Made by a program: the position numbers and the translations under genes. A DNA stretch of 49,955 bases from Candidatus Azotimanducaceae bacterium. GTDB lineage: Bacteria > Pseudomonadota > Gammaproteobacteria > Pseudomonadales > Azotimanducaceae. The notes under the pieces were generated by a model that was not told the origin of the DNA, did no database searches, and saw only the letters and a program-made list of their open reading frames with translations. The stretch covers positions 1 through 49,955 of the forward strand of contig JBLHQQ010000001.1 in NCBI GenBank assembly GCA_047625245.1. Reading direction: 5' to 3'. Position 1 is the first letter of the stretch, and every line of letters begins with the position of its first letter. Below are positions 1 through 9,998 of the stretch, piece by piece.

Positions 1-147
1 ACTGCCATTGCTCTACCGTTCGACGTGTCGCTATTTGCTTTGTCATAGTTTGCTTCCTCCATTAAGAAGAGGCAACGTTATCCATGGCATGGCGCTAGCG
101 GAAGAACGGCGCGGAATGAACGCTTACAGCACAATGGCGGTTTGTCT

Positions 148-386
148 CCAGCTGAATCTGAGAAAAAACCTAAATCACTGTCCGGGATTACTTGACCACT
201 ACAGCGGGTGTAAATATTTCCGTGTAACTGGTTTAGTTCTACATGATCTGGCAGAGGCTCTTCGAACAGGCTCATGTTCAACCCGTGCAGTTACATAGAA
301 GTATTTACACCCTCTTTGCCAGTTGCACCAGTTGCATCTGGAAAAACTTAAAACACCGTCCAGGACTACTTGACGGCCACATAGGG
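148..386. repeat. composite repeat: two ~60-bp direct repeats (148-208, 328-386) flanking a 25-bp imperfect inverted repeat (206-230 / 289-312)
   Basis: Read directly. ccagctgaatctgagaaaaaacctaaatcactgtccgggattacttgaccactaca compares with ccagttgcatctggaaaaacttaaaacaccgtccaggactacttgacggccaca. gggtgtaaatatttccgtgtaactg pairs with cagttacatagaagtatttacaccc (22 of 25). ccagttgca is tandemly duplicated at 319-336. Confidence 0.5.
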
Positions 387-471
387 ATCATCACCCCCAA
401 ATAAGCCACATACTTTCAATACACCGATTTACTTGCAAAATCTAACGTTGACCAAAATACGCGAACGACTA

Positions 472-1215
472 CTAAAGCTTATCTTTGTCCGAGATGCATT
501 CAAACAAAATCGATGGTGACATGAAACAGGGCAGAAAATTCCCCGGACTACGATGAATTTTACGTATGATCATGTTGTGTCTAATCGTTTGGGCCAACCA
601 TCGCCAGTCAAAGCCTTTATGCTCTGTAGTATGCCTAGGTATACTGTCTTGCATGTATAAACTGGCCTTAATAGTTTCAGCAAAGCTATATTCTTTGTGA
701 CGTCTCCATCCAATCAACATCGAGCCGAAATTCTTAACCGAAATTATCGGCCCTTGCTCATTTGGAACGGAGCATACAAATAACTTAGGGCGAGACTTCG
801 CGATACTTTCAATAATACGTACTACATCAGCCTCGGGGATGTGTTCGCAGGTTTCAAAACAGGTAATGACATCGTAATCGTGTATATCTTCGAAATGGTT
901 CTGTACCAAATCATTTATGTATTTAAAATTTGATTGGTTACCATATCTTTCAGTTGCGACAGTAGCATGACGACTTTTATAATCAATGCCGGTGTAATGA
1001 ATATTAAAAGAAGGATTTAAAACACTAAATACTTTTGCCGCACCACATCCTATATCCAAAATTCTAATTGGAGATGTCTCTGATCTTCCAGATTGGAACT
1101 GCTTGATCAATTTCATCAGAACACTGTAGCGTCTTGCGTGCAATAAACTATTTATCTTTGAAAAATTCTGTCCCTGCTCGTATTCGGAGGGATTTTCAGC
1201 GATATCCTTTTTCAT
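472..1215 (-). CDS. class I SAM-dependent methyltransferase
   Basis: 247-aa ORF with SAM-binding motif I ILDIGCGAAKVF followed by HYTGIDY. A 566-bp spacer separates it from the glycan operon. Confidence 0.75.
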   Translation of the reverse strand: MKKDIAENPSEYEQGQNFSKINSLLHARRYSVLMKLIKQFQSGRSETSPIRILDIGCGAAKVFSVLNPSFNIHYTGIDYKSRHATVATERYGNQSNFKYINDLVQNHFEDIHDYDVITCFETCEHIPEADVVRIIESIAKSRPKLFVCSVPNEQGPIISVKNFGSMLIGWRRHKEYSFAETIKASLYMQDSIPRHTTEHKGFDWRWLAQTIRHNMIIRKIHRSPGNFLPCFMSPSILFECISDKDKL

Positions 1216-1400
1216 CTAATATTTCCTTACTGTAGCTCCAACATTATGCTGGATTTAAATTCTGACGGTAATAAGTTGACTCATCTGCCTCGTCAATTCA
1301 TCAACTTCAGCATTGTCGATTCGTAAAAGTATGCTATAAAGGCAACAAATGAGATTCTAGCCGCATCAAAGAAAAACGCAAATCAAATATCGGCGCACCT

Positions 1401-1446
1401 TTCGTAAGCGTCAGCCTAACGGTGTGGTTTGGCTAACGCTTACGAA
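1401..1446. repeat. 16-bp-stem palindrome whose inward-facing arms begin GTAAGCG (IS66-type terminal sequence)
   Basis: ttcgtaagcgtcagcc (1401-1416) pairs with ggctaacgcttacgaa (1431-1446) with one mismatch and a 14-nt loop. No U-tract follows on either strand. Confidence 0.5.
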
Positions 1447-1781
1447 TACTTATGTAGAACGCTATAACCGGACTGTAAGATATGACTGGTTAGCGCATCC
1501 CTTGTTCTCGTCGATCAGTGAAGTTCAGAACTTTGCGATGACCTAGCTTTGGACTTACAATCACGAACGGCCTAATATGGTGCCGGCCGATATAACCCCA
1601 AATCAGGAGTTGGCCATGGTCGCCTAACCTCTACTTTTGCAGCAAGTTAGAAAAGGGGAGATTATCCTCAGTCATACAGCACTCAAACTTGAGCACGGCA
1701 ATTTATCTCGATTGACTCATTCTACAGCGCTATGCCGAGACCTCTCGGCAACGTATCCGGACCTCAGGTGAAACATCATTG

Positions 1782-2462
1782 TCACGCGTCTGCATAATTC
1801 AGCGCCTTTTGAATCTCCAGTGGTGGTACAGGTAGATCAGGGAACACTTTCCAGACAAGGTCAGATTTCGAAAACAGCACGACATAAACCGTCAGAAATA
1901 TCAGCAGCAAGTATAGCCCCACACCAATTTTTGCCGCATACCATTGCTCAACACGGCCCTTGTAGGGACCGATATATTTTTCATAAACCACTCGAGGGTC
2001 GCTATCCAGCGCCATCAGCGCTTCTTCATCACGAAAGATAACCGATCCCATACCGCTTAGCCCTGGCATAACAGTTTCGATAGCCGCCCGTGATTCCGAC
2101 GAATAGGTACCATATTCCCGGCTGGTAACCGGGCGTGGGCCGATAACGCTCATATGCCCGAAGAAAATATTCAGCAACTGAGGCAGTTCATTGATCTTGG
2201 TTTTGCGCAGGAACGTGCCAAACGGTAGCACTCTTGGATCATCTCGCACAGTAACGGTACCTGGCCCAAGGCTCGGACTGGCTTTCAACATAGTGGCAAA
2301 TTTGTATATATTGAAAGGCAGCCCCTTGGCGCCAACTCGCTCCTGCAAATAGAACACTTCACGTTCACCAGTAAATCGCAAAACCAAACAAACAGGAATC
2401 AACAGTGGTGACAAGGCAAGTAAAGCAAGCCCGGATAAAATAATATCAAGCAGACGGATCAT
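1782..2462 (-). CDS. undecaprenyl-phosphate sugar phosphotransferase (small PglC/WbaP-C-terminal type, initiating transferase)
   Basis: Start taken at the internal ATG (MIRLLDIILSGLALL...), 1 nt after the upstream stop. One N-terminal TM helix, then FTGEREVFYLQERVG, YKFATM, DDPRVLPFG, KINELPQL and GPRP motifs of the Bac_transf family. Confidence 0.85.
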   Translation of the reverse strand: MIRLLDIILSGLALLALSPLLIPVCLVLRFTGEREVFYLQERVGAKGLPFNIYKFATMLKASPSLGPGTVTVRDDPRVLPFGTFLRKTKINELPQLLNIFFGHMSVIGPRPVTSREYGTYSSESRAAIETVMPGLSGMGSVIFRDEEALMALDSDPRVVYEKYIGPYKGRVEQWYAAKIGVGLYLLLIFLTVYVVLFSKSDLVWKVFPDLPVPPLEIQKALNYADA

Positions 2463-2466
2463 CAAT

Positions 2467-3654
2467 TCACATCCTCTGGTCAAGATACTTGCCGGTTTCC
2501 TTGTGGGCAAACTCAGGCAATATTTTATAAAAAAATTCGACGATGTCGCTCTTGGCCCAGGTAGGCTGGGCAAGCAAGGACTCAATTCCTGTCTTAAATG
2601 CTTCCAGTTGGTCCTCGCTGAAATCAGGTTCATTGCGAATGATGCCCACGCTTTCCAGACGTGACATATCAAGATTTTCCCGGTCAGTGAAAAATTCTTC
2701 AAAATCCTTTTCACCAGTTGTATCACTCTTGAAAAAGAAACAGGGCCACTGACGGTTGGCGATCAGTTCTTCTGCCCGATCCCTCGCTTCGTCTTCACTT
2801 GCGCACTCGAACGGCTCATAGCCGAGTTGCTTGAGATAACGTACAGCAATTTCAGAGAAGGTAATCAGGTGCAGTTTTTTACTCAATTTGGGGAAGAAGA
2901 TATCGCGATTTTCACCCAGCAGACAGGACATCAGACACAGCTCACCAGACTCCTGTGGTGTCACAAAGTATCGTCTTACGTCATTAGGCGCAGCAATCGG
3001 TTGGCGCTTGGCAACACGCTGGTTAAAGCCGTGCAACAGCGAACCATCAGAGAACGCAACATTAGCAAAACGTGCCATTGAAATCGTCTGGGTTAAGCTT
3101 TCGCGCATCAGGAACATTTCCATGATTCGCTTGCTTGCACCCATCATGTTCACGGGATTTGCGGCTTTATCAGTTGACACACAAAAATATTTTTTAGCGC
3201 CACTGGCACGGGCCAAGCCCAGGGTCTTTATCGTATTGAAAACATTGACCTCAACCATGCGCATTAGCGTGAAAGGATCCTTCTCACTTCTGACATGCTT
3301 CAATGCCGACAAATTGAGGACATAATCATAAGGACCTTCGGTGGCCATCAGTGCTTCAAACTCGCGACTGCCACAATCCAGGGCGAATGTGCGGAAATCA
3401 CCTTCACCATAACCAAGGGTACTACGAATATCTCGCACTAACTCAACCATGTTGTTTTCACTGATATCAACAACATGGAGCGCCTTCGGCCCGCGCTTGA
3501 ATATTTCCCGGGTAACGGCCTGACCAATTGACCCAGCACCTCCGATAACAAGAAATCGGGAATTGGCAACCTTAGTAGCCATGTCTTCGCTGTAGCGATT
3601 AATATCTGTGTCGAAGAGCAATGAGCTTCGGCCAATAAGTGATAGATAGTCCAT
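2467..3654 (-). CDS. CapD/WbpM/PglF-family NDP-HexNAc 4,6-dehydratase (soluble short form)
   Basis: 395 aa. Rossmann motif FLVIGGAGSIGQAV and a VSTDKAANPVNMMGASKR active-site region typical of the polysaccharide-biosynthesis CapD family. Adjacent to the initiating transferase. Confidence 0.8.
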   Translation of the reverse strand: MDYLSLIGRSSLLFDTDINRYSEDMATKVANSRFLVIGGAGSIGQAVTREIFKRGPKALHVVDISENNMVELVRDIRSTLGYGEGDFRTFALDCGSREFEALMATEGPYDYVLNLSALKHVRSEKDPFTLMRMVEVNVFNTIKTLGLARASGAKKYFCVSTDKAANPVNMMGASKRIMEMFLMRESLTQTISMARFANVAFSDGSLLHGFNQRVAKRQPIAAPNDVRRYFVTPQESGELCLMSCLLGENRDIFFPKLSKKLHLITFSEIAVRYLKQLGYEPFECASEDEARDRAEELIANRQWPCFFFKSDTTGEKDFEEFFTDRENLDMSRLESVGIIRNEPDFSEDQLEAFKTGIESLLAQPTWAKSDIVEFFYKILPEFAHKETGKYLDQRM

Positions 3655-3688
3655 AGATATTCCTTCATGTGATACAGTAATGCAGACG

Positions 3689-4633
3689 TTAAACGTCTTG
3701 AAGCGCTACCTTTAATCCTTCAGCGACGCTGACTGAAGGTACCCAGCCCAGCAGTTCACGATTTTTGTTAATGTCCACTTGCAAGCTTCCTAACACCCGT
3801 CTGGCGACATCCCCTTTTCCTATTATTTGCGCTGCTAGTTGCATAACGCCTACGGGAAACGGTAATAAACGGATCGGACAACCCAGCGCTTTGGCCATCT
3901 CCTCGATAAGTCCTCTGGTGGACAGATCCTCACCATCACTGACTAGAAATGTTTCATTGGCGGCTTTTGGATGCGCCAGGCATAAGGTGAGGAAATCTAC
4001 GAGATTATTCAGAGACACAAGACTTCGGCGATTATTCAAGAGGGATCCCAGAGGTAAGGGAAAACCTTTTTTTATTACACGCGCCAACGCTGCAAAATTG
4101 CCCTTAGCACCAACACCATAAACTAGCGGAGGCCTTACAATAACCACCTCAAGGCCAGTCTCACGACTGATTTGTCGTAAGCCCTCCTCGGCCTCGCACT
4201 TGGAGATACCGTACGGGTCTTCCGGATGAACAACATCAGCGGCAGTGTATTGCTCACCTTTTGTCGTACCATCGCCATTTACCTTAATCGAACTTAAATA
4301 TATGAATCTCCGCACACCAGCCGCAACCGCCTGGCGAGCCAAGTTTAAAGTGCCGCCAACATTGACCCGGCGAAACTCACTAAGGGGGTCCAGTGAGTTA
4401 TCGTTCATGACATGGACACGTGCAGCGCAATGGATAACGTTGTCTGCGTTCTCAAGTGCGGCGAGCCAATCTGTACTTTCATCGATATTACCAACGTGAT
4501 GTGCTGTCACGCCCTGTACAACCTGGATTGCGCTCGTGCGGTAACAGGCACACACGTCTATCTCCGCTGCAACCAGGCTATTTACCAGCCATGACCCGAC
4601 AAAACCATTGGCGCCTGTAACTACCGTAATCAA
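3689..4633 (-). CDS. NAD-dependent NDP-sugar epimerase/reductase (extended SDR, WbpK/4-epimerase-like)
   Basis: 314 aa. MITVVTGANGFVGSWL glycine motif and YGISKCEAE (YxxxK) catalytic motif. Confidence 0.75.
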   Translation of the reverse strand: MITVVTGANGFVGSWLVNSLVAAEIDVCACYRTSAIQVVQGVTAHHVGNIDESTDWLAALENADNVIHCAARVHVMNDNSLDPLSEFRRVNVGGTLNLARQAVAAGVRRFIYLSSIKVNGDGTTKGEQYTAADVVHPEDPYGISKCEAEEGLRQISRETGLEVVIVRPPLVYGVGAKGNFAALARVIKKGFPLPLGSLLNNRRSLVSLNNLVDFLTLCLAHPKAANETFLVSDGEDLSTRGLIEEMAKALGCPIRLLPFPVGVMQLAAQIIGKGDVARRVLGSLQVDINKNRELLGWVPSVSVAEGLKVALQDV

Positions 4634-4716
4634 TTAACGTTCCTCTATTAATGCTGTTAGCCTGATCTACCTAAATTTCTTGATCCAGCGACAAGTCCAA
4701 AACAACATGTCGCAGG

Positions 4717-6060
4717 CTAGATCTGTGCGACGGCCTGGCGGCCAACACCGATGTAGTCGAGACCAAAACCTGCCACCGTCGCAGGGTCGTAGATATTTCG
4801 GCCATCAAAAATCACTTTTTCTTTAAGCTTTGCTGCCAAAACCTCAAAGTCTGGCTGTTTGAATAGCTTCCACTCAGTCATGACGATCAGTGCATCGGCA
4901 TTGTCGATTGGATCATAGCTGTCCTTACAAAACGTCGCCTTTGAACGCTCCAGCACAGTCAGCGCTTCGTAGGTAGCATCCATTGCTTTTGGATCATAAG
5001 TGGCGACTTCAGCACCCTGCCTGACCAGTATTCTCAAGAGTTCGATGGCCGGTGATTCTCTGATATCGTCGGTATCGGGCTTGAAGGAAAGTCCCCATAT
5101 AGCAAATTTTTTGCCTGATAGATCACTGCCAAAGCGTCGGTGGACTTTATGGGCAAAACTGGCTTTCTGAGCTTTATTTCTATTGTCGACAGCTTTCAGT
5201 ATCCAGGGATCCAGTTCGCCAATGCTGGCCATTTCGATCAGGGCGCGCACATCCTTGGGAAAACAGGAACCGCCATAACCAACACCGGAATACAAAAATG
5301 AATAACCAATCCGTGTGTCAGAACCGATACCGCGCCGAACATTTTCTACGTCTACGCCATAGTGCTCACATATCATGGCTATCTCGTTCATAAAGGAAAT
5401 TCGCGTCGCAAGCATCGCGTTGGCCGCATATTTAGTCATTTCGGCATCACGAACGCCCATAAACTGCATTTTGTCATGATTTCTGGAGAACGGCGCATAG
5501 AGTTCTGACAAAATTTTGCGACTAGACTCGACGGTTGTACCAATGACGATACGATCAGGAGTCATAAAGTCCTTAATAGCCGCACCTTCCTTCAAAAACT
5601 CCGGATTGCTGACAACATCAAACGCAATATTTTCGCCACGCCGCGCTAACGCAGATTCTATTTCGGCTTTGACGAGATCTGCGGTGCCAACGGGCACGGT
5701 GGACTTATCAACCACAACAAGCTTTCGTGCCATTGTGTTGCCAATATTTTTCGCGACCGCCAATACATGTGATAGGTCAGCACTGCCATCCTCGTTGGGA
5801 GGTGTACCGACCGCAATAAACACAACTGCAGCTCGTTCCAGTGCTTTCTTAAGGTCTGCGCTGAACGTCAATCGTTCAGCACTGACATTACTCCGTATCA
5901 TTTCTTCAAGCCCGGGTTCGTGCATCGGTACAATACCAGCCTGCAATTTAGCAAGCTTTGCCATGTCGATATCTATGCAGGTGACATAATTTCCCATCTC
6001 CGCAAAACAGGTACCCGTAACAAGCCCAACGTAACCTGACCCTACAACTACAATATTCAT
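4717..6060 (-). CDS. ugd: UDP-glucose 6-dehydrogenase
   Basis: 447 aa. MNIVVVGSGYVGLVTG, catalytic-Cys region GGSCFPKD and C-terminal LSFKPDTDD motif. Confidence 0.95.
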   Translation of the reverse strand: MNIVVVGSGYVGLVTGTCFAEMGNYVTCIDIDMAKLAKLQAGIVPMHEPGLEEMIRSNVSAERLTFSADLKKALERAAVVFIAVGTPPNEDGSADLSHVLAVAKNIGNTMARKLVVVDKSTVPVGTADLVKAEIESALARRGENIAFDVVSNPEFLKEGAAIKDFMTPDRIVIGTTVESSRKILSELYAPFSRNHDKMQFMGVRDAEMTKYAANAMLATRISFMNEIAMICEHYGVDVENVRRGIGSDTRIGYSFLYSGVGYGGSCFPKDVRALIEMASIGELDPWILKAVDNRNKAQKASFAHKVHRRFGSDLSGKKFAIWGLSFKPDTDDIRESPAIELLRILVRQGAEVATYDPKAMDATYEALTVLERSKATFCKDSYDPIDNADALIVMTEWKLFKQPDFEVLAAKLKEKVIFDGRNIYDPATVAGFGLDYIGVGRQAVAQI

Positions 6061-6195
6061 TTTCAGCTGCTCTCTCGATATGTTGCGATATTTACCTGAA
6101 GCCTGATGTTTCGATCACGAGCGCCCAAAGGTATGTAACTTCAACTTCCTGGTTTGAACCGCATGCAGACAAACATCCAGCCAATGTATCAAGAG

Positions 6196-7128
6196 CTAAA
6201 TAACGCCCTTAAAGTATTCCACCGTTTTCCGTATGCCTTCATCAAGCTGCACTTTTGGTGTCCAATCAAGCATCTCCTTCGCCAGACTGATGTCTGGTTG
6301 GCGCTGACGCGGATCATCCTGAGGCAGAGGCATATGTATGATCTTTGAACTGGATCCTGTTAGCTCAATAACTTTTTCCGCGAGTTCAAGCATTCGAAAC
6401 TCACCCGGATTACCCAAATTTACCGGTCCGACAAACTCATCATCACTACCCATAAACTCGATAAACCCACTGATCAAATCATCGACGTAGCAAAAACTTC
6501 TAGTCTGCATGCCATCACCGAACATCGTGATATCTTCGTTTTTCAATGCCTGAACAATAAAGTTGCTGACGACACGGCCATCATTTGGATGCATTCTCGG
6601 ACCATAAGTGTTGAAGATACGAGCAACCTTAATTCGCACGCCATGCTGGCGATGGTAATCAAAAAACAGCGTCTCAGCACAACGCTTGCCTTCGTCATAA
6701 CACGCTCTGCGACCGATTGGATTCACCTTGCCCCAATAAGACTCAACTTGCGGATGCACTTCAGGATCTCCATAAACCTCACTGGTAGAAGCTTGAAACA
6801 CCTTGGCTTTGACCCTCTTAGCCAGACCAAGGATATTGATCGCTCCATGAACACTGGTCTTTGTCGTCTGCACAGGATCGAACTGGTAATGCACGGGTGA
6901 CGCAGGACACGCTAGATTGTAGATCTCGTCTACCTCAAGATAGAGAGGAAATGTTACGTCATGGCGCATAAGCTCAAAGGAAGGATTTGCTAACAGAGGC
7001 ATGATGTTCTGTTTCGATCCGGTAAAAAAATTGTCGACACAGATCACTTCATTGCCTAGACCTAACAATCTTTCACACAGATGGGAGCCCAAAAAACCGG
7101 CGCCACCGGTCACTAGTATCTTTTTCAT
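6196..7128 (-). CDS. uxs: UDP-glucuronate decarboxylase (UDP-xylose synthase type)
   Basis: 310 aa, nearly colinear with eukaryotic and bacterial UXS: [60 protein letters not shown]. Confidence 0.9.
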   Translation of the reverse strand: MKKILVTGGAGFLGSHLCERLLGLGNEVICVDNFFTGSKQNIMPLLANPSFELMRHDVTFPLYLEVDEIYNLACPASPVHYQFDPVQTTKTSVHGAINILGLAKRVKAKVFQASTSEVYGDPEVHPQVESYWGKVNPIGRRACYDEGKRCAETLFFDYHRQHGVRIKVARIFNTYGPRMHPNDGRVVSNFIVQALKNEDITMFGDGMQTRSFCYVDDLISGFIEFMGSDDEFVGPVNLGNPGEFRMLELAEKVIELTGSSSKIIHMPLPQDDPRQRQPDISLAKEMLDWTPKVQLDEGIRKTVEYFKGVI

Positions 7129-7155
7129 ATAATCTACTCAACCAAAATATATTTG

Positions 7156-7965
7156 TTATAAAGACTTAAGAATAATTCGATAATACAACGAAAATAGCAC
7201 ATGGGTCCCGGTGTAGAGGTAGCTCTTCCAGCCCAGTTGCGAACCATCGATAAACCGATACTCTTGCAGCACGAGCAATGTTCTTTTTAACATAGTCCAC
7301 TTTGAGCCAGAGATCTGGCCTTCACTGACGCGATAATAAACAAGCGGTGTCATGACTTTAACGCTTTCGCGGATGCTCTCGTGCACTCGCAGCCAGAGAT
7401 CGTAGTCTTCTCTAGCTTTAAATCTCATGTCCTCATTAAACGGTAGGCTCAGCAAAATCTCACGTTCAATCACCACGCTCGATGTAGGCGTTCGATAACG
7501 CACCAATTGACGGTAAAAAGTGATCGTTTCCATTGTCGGCACGCCGACATCATCAATAACGATGGTTGCGCTGTCATGAAAATCGTTCATCATAGCACTG
7601 CAGAATTTTGCACCAGAGTCTTGCAGAGCTTTCATCTGCACGGTTAGTTTTTCGGGATGCCAAAGATCGTCTGAATCAAGAAAAGCAATCCATTTACCCG
7701 CTGCTTGCGCAATACCATTATTACGAGGTCCCGCAGGCGCCCCATGATTTTCAGGCAGGTTCAGCAGTTTGATTCTGTCGTCTAAGGCAACATAACGCTC
7801 AACCACCTGCTGAGTACCATCCGTGGAAGCGTCGTTGATAACGATAAGCTCCCAGCCAATGTAGGATTGACCCAGAACAGAGTCTATTGACTCGCCGATA
7901 TACCGTGCAGCATTATAGGCAGGCATAATGACACTCACCTGAACTGTTTGTGGTCCCTCTTGCAC
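7156..7965 (-). CDS. family 2 glycosyltransferase
   Basis: 269 aa. VSVIMPAYNAARYI..SIDSVLGQSY and FLDSDD (DxD) motifs. Confidence 0.85.
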   Translation of the reverse strand: MQEGPQTVQVSVIMPAYNAARYIGESIDSVLGQSYIGWELIVINDASTDGTQQVVERYVALDDRIKLLNLPENHGAPAGPRNNGIAQAAGKWIAFLDSDDLWHPEKLTVQMKALQDSGAKFCSAMMNDFHDSATIVIDDVGVPTMETITFYRQLVRYRTPTSSVVIEREILLSLPFNEDMRFKAREDYDLWLRVHESIRESVKVMTPLVYYRVSEGQISGSKWTMLKRTLLVLQEYRFIDGSQLGWKSYLYTGTHVLFSLYYRIILKSL

Positions 7966-8100
7966 GCTACTCCCCTTCCAAAAACTTAAAAAAATCCTAG
8001 CCTAGATAGGCAAACCACTAACAACCAGGTATGAATTTTACTTCAGACACTTCAGGCGTACTTCCAAGAAATTGTAGATTCGCGCCGCCAGAGGTTAACT

Positions 8101-9192
8101 TTATTGCCCTGCTGGTAATACCGTGGCTAAAAACCGTTTGCAGGCGGCACGAAATTCTTCACTGTTGTCATAGAGACCAATGCCAATGACGCCCTCTTTA
8201 TCCGGCAAAATAAGACGTAACTGCGATGAGGTATTTTTCTTGTCTTTGGCAAGCGCTGTAAGCAGGTCATCCGCGGGGATATCCACCTGGCCAAAATCAC
8301 TGTAGTTGGCTGCCAAAACCGGGTGCATTCTCTCAAAGTGAGCCAGCGTGCTTACCCCCAGACTGGCTGCAACAAAATTTGCCATATCAGCGCCTATTGT
8401 TACAGCAACACCATGAGGCACACCAAAATTCGTCGCTGATTCTATGGCATGGCCAAAGCTATGACCATAATTCATCACGTTTCTAGGGCCCACATCAAAC
8501 TCATCCAACTCAACGATCTTCTGCTTGATCTTAAGTGATTTGAAGATGAACTCCTCCATGACCGCCTGATCATCGAGAATTTGTCCATAATTCAGGCTGA
8601 TTTCATCAAAAGACGCGGGTCCCTTGATTGCATGGACCTTTAACATTTCGCCGATACCAGAGCACAGTTCCTGCCGCGACAAGGTCTCCAAAAAGCTGGT
8701 GTCGATAATAATTTTGTTCGGTGGCGTAAAAGTACCCAGAATATTCTTGATTTTGCCAACATTGATGGAGCTTTTAGAACCAATGCAAGAATCTGCTTGA
8801 GCGAGCAACGTGGTCGGATAAAAAACCCAGGGTAAGCCGCGCATCATCGTTGTCGCAATAAAACAGGTGATATCCTGAATGATACCGCCTCCGATCGCGA
8901 TGAGTTGTTGACCCCGTCTCACCTTACCTTCCACAAGGTGTTCGATATAAACCTGAAATTTATCAAGAGACTTATTGGACTCAATGGCTTCAATGGCTAG
9001 ATAGGGCCTTACAGCCAACAAATTACCCAGTCGATCGCCGTAGAGTTCCACTATCTTCTTGTCGATGATGACAAAACAGTCCTCAGGAGGCGAGCTATTC
9101 AGCACGCTAATGCCATCAGCATCAAAGGCAGCGATATATTCCCCTTTATGTGACTGTATAACTAGCGACTCAGACACGTGAAAAACCTCCAT
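8101..9192 (-). CDS. 3-dehydroquinate synthase-like sugar-phosphate cyclase family protein
   Basis: 363 aa, colinear with AroB: IAIGGGIIQDITCF, YPTTLLAQADSCIGSKSSIN, GEMLKV, NYGHSFGHAIE, PHGVAV (NAD and metal ligand positions retained). Overlaps the upstream SDR by 23 nt. Confidence 0.8.
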   Translation of the reverse strand: MEVFHVSESLVIQSHKGEYIAAFDADGISVLNSSPPEDCFVIIDKKIVELYGDRLGNLLAVRPYLAIEAIESNKSLDKFQVYIEHLVEGKVRRGQQLIAIGGGIIQDITCFIATTMMRGLPWVFYPTTLLAQADSCIGSKSSINVGKIKNILGTFTPPNKIIIDTSFLETLSRQELCSGIGEMLKVHAIKGPASFDEISLNYGQILDDQAVMEEFIFKSLKIKQKIVELDEFDVGPRNVMNYGHSFGHAIESATNFGVPHGVAVTIGADMANFVAASLGVSTLAHFERMHPVLAANYSDFGQVDIPADDLLTALAKDKKNTSSQLRLILPDKEGVIGIGLYDNSEEFRAACKRFLATVLPAGQ

Positions 9193-9880
9193 CGATAATA
9201 ATATTTTGGCCTGTTAGATAAGTATTATTCTGACTGACGAGGTAAGAAACCAGTTGGGCTATCTCTTCCGGTTGTCCCATTCTTTTCATCGGGATCTTAG
9301 CTTGTGCCAACTTCATGCCTTCCTCACCTAAAACTCGCCGGGTGAGATCGGTGTCTATGAAGCCAGGCCCGACACTATTTGCAAGGATCCCATATTCCGC
9401 GATCTCAACTGCCAGAGCAGTAGTCATGCCGTCTACGCCAAACTTACTGGCGCTGTACGACGCTCGATACTCCTTGCTGATATGCCCAAAGATTGACGTT
9501 ATATTAACGATTCGACCGAAACTGACTGAGCGCATATACCCCAAAGCAGCCTGGCAGACCCGAAATGTCGCCTCTAGATTGACACGCTGAATATTTTGAA
9601 AATCCTCTAATTCTATTTTTTCAAACTCAGCAACTTTATTGATTCCCGCGTTGTTTACGACCACAACAAACTCGTGCCTTCTGACCTCCTCGAGGAACGC
9701 GAGAACTGAGGATTCCGACAAGAAATCAACCACCAGTAAACTACAACCCTTGGGTGGCTGGCTAGTCTCAGATGTGCCACTAACGTAAACCTCCATACCT
9801 TCTGCCAGTAGTTTCTCAGCGATCGCTTTACCGATACCACGCGTGCCGCCTGTGACAAGTGCTTTAGAGGATTCTTTCAA
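9170..9880 (-). CDS. classical SDR oxidoreductase (FabG-like)
   Basis: 236 aa. ALVTGGTRGIGKAIA, NNAGI and YSASKFG motifs. Confidence 0.85.
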   Translation of the reverse strand: MKESSKALVTGGTRGIGKAIAEKLLAEGMEVYVSGTSETSQPPKGCSLLVVDFLSESSVLAFLEEVRRHEFVVVVNNAGINKVAEFEKIELEDFQNIQRVNLEATFRVCQAALGYMRSVSFGRIVNITSIFGHISKEYRASYSASKFGVDGMTTALAVEIAEYGILANSVGPGFIDTDLTRRVLGEEGMKLAQAKIPMKRMGQPEEIAQLVSYLVSQNNTYLTGQNIIIDGGFSRV

Positions 9881-9998
9881 ACTATTAACTCTCGCTTTAA
9901 GATGACAAATGCCGGCCCATTCACATAACGGGGACCTTGGCGGAAAAAATGAGGCCTACACATGTGATGGTTCAACTTCGATTCGGAATCAGCGGCAT

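Noticed and set aside
8-298. ORFs 8-298 (+) and 78-281 (-) at the left edge
   Set aside because: They overlap each other and the repeat structure, and I see no recognisable protein motifs, so they are probably non-coding.
1734-1749. Hairpin gccgag-acct-ctcggc downstream of the last operon gene as a rho-independent terminator
   Set aside because: The stem is only 6 bp and no U-tract follows on the transcript, so this is not enough to call a terminator.
2463-2726. N-terminal extension of the 1782-2726 ORF (314 aa)
   Set aside because: The extension overlaps the 3' end of the CapD-like gene in another frame and has no transferase-like sequence. The internal ATG at 2462 gives a typical 226-aa PglC-type protein starting with its TM helix.
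5516-5989. Plus-strand ORFs of 60-175 aa lying antisense to the operon genes (for example 5516-5989, 20008-20463, 22456-22983, 23619-24014, 24279-24722)
   Set aside because: They are shadow ORFs inside well-supported minus-strand genes. Their translations are low-complexity, without recognisable motifs or ribosome-binding sites.
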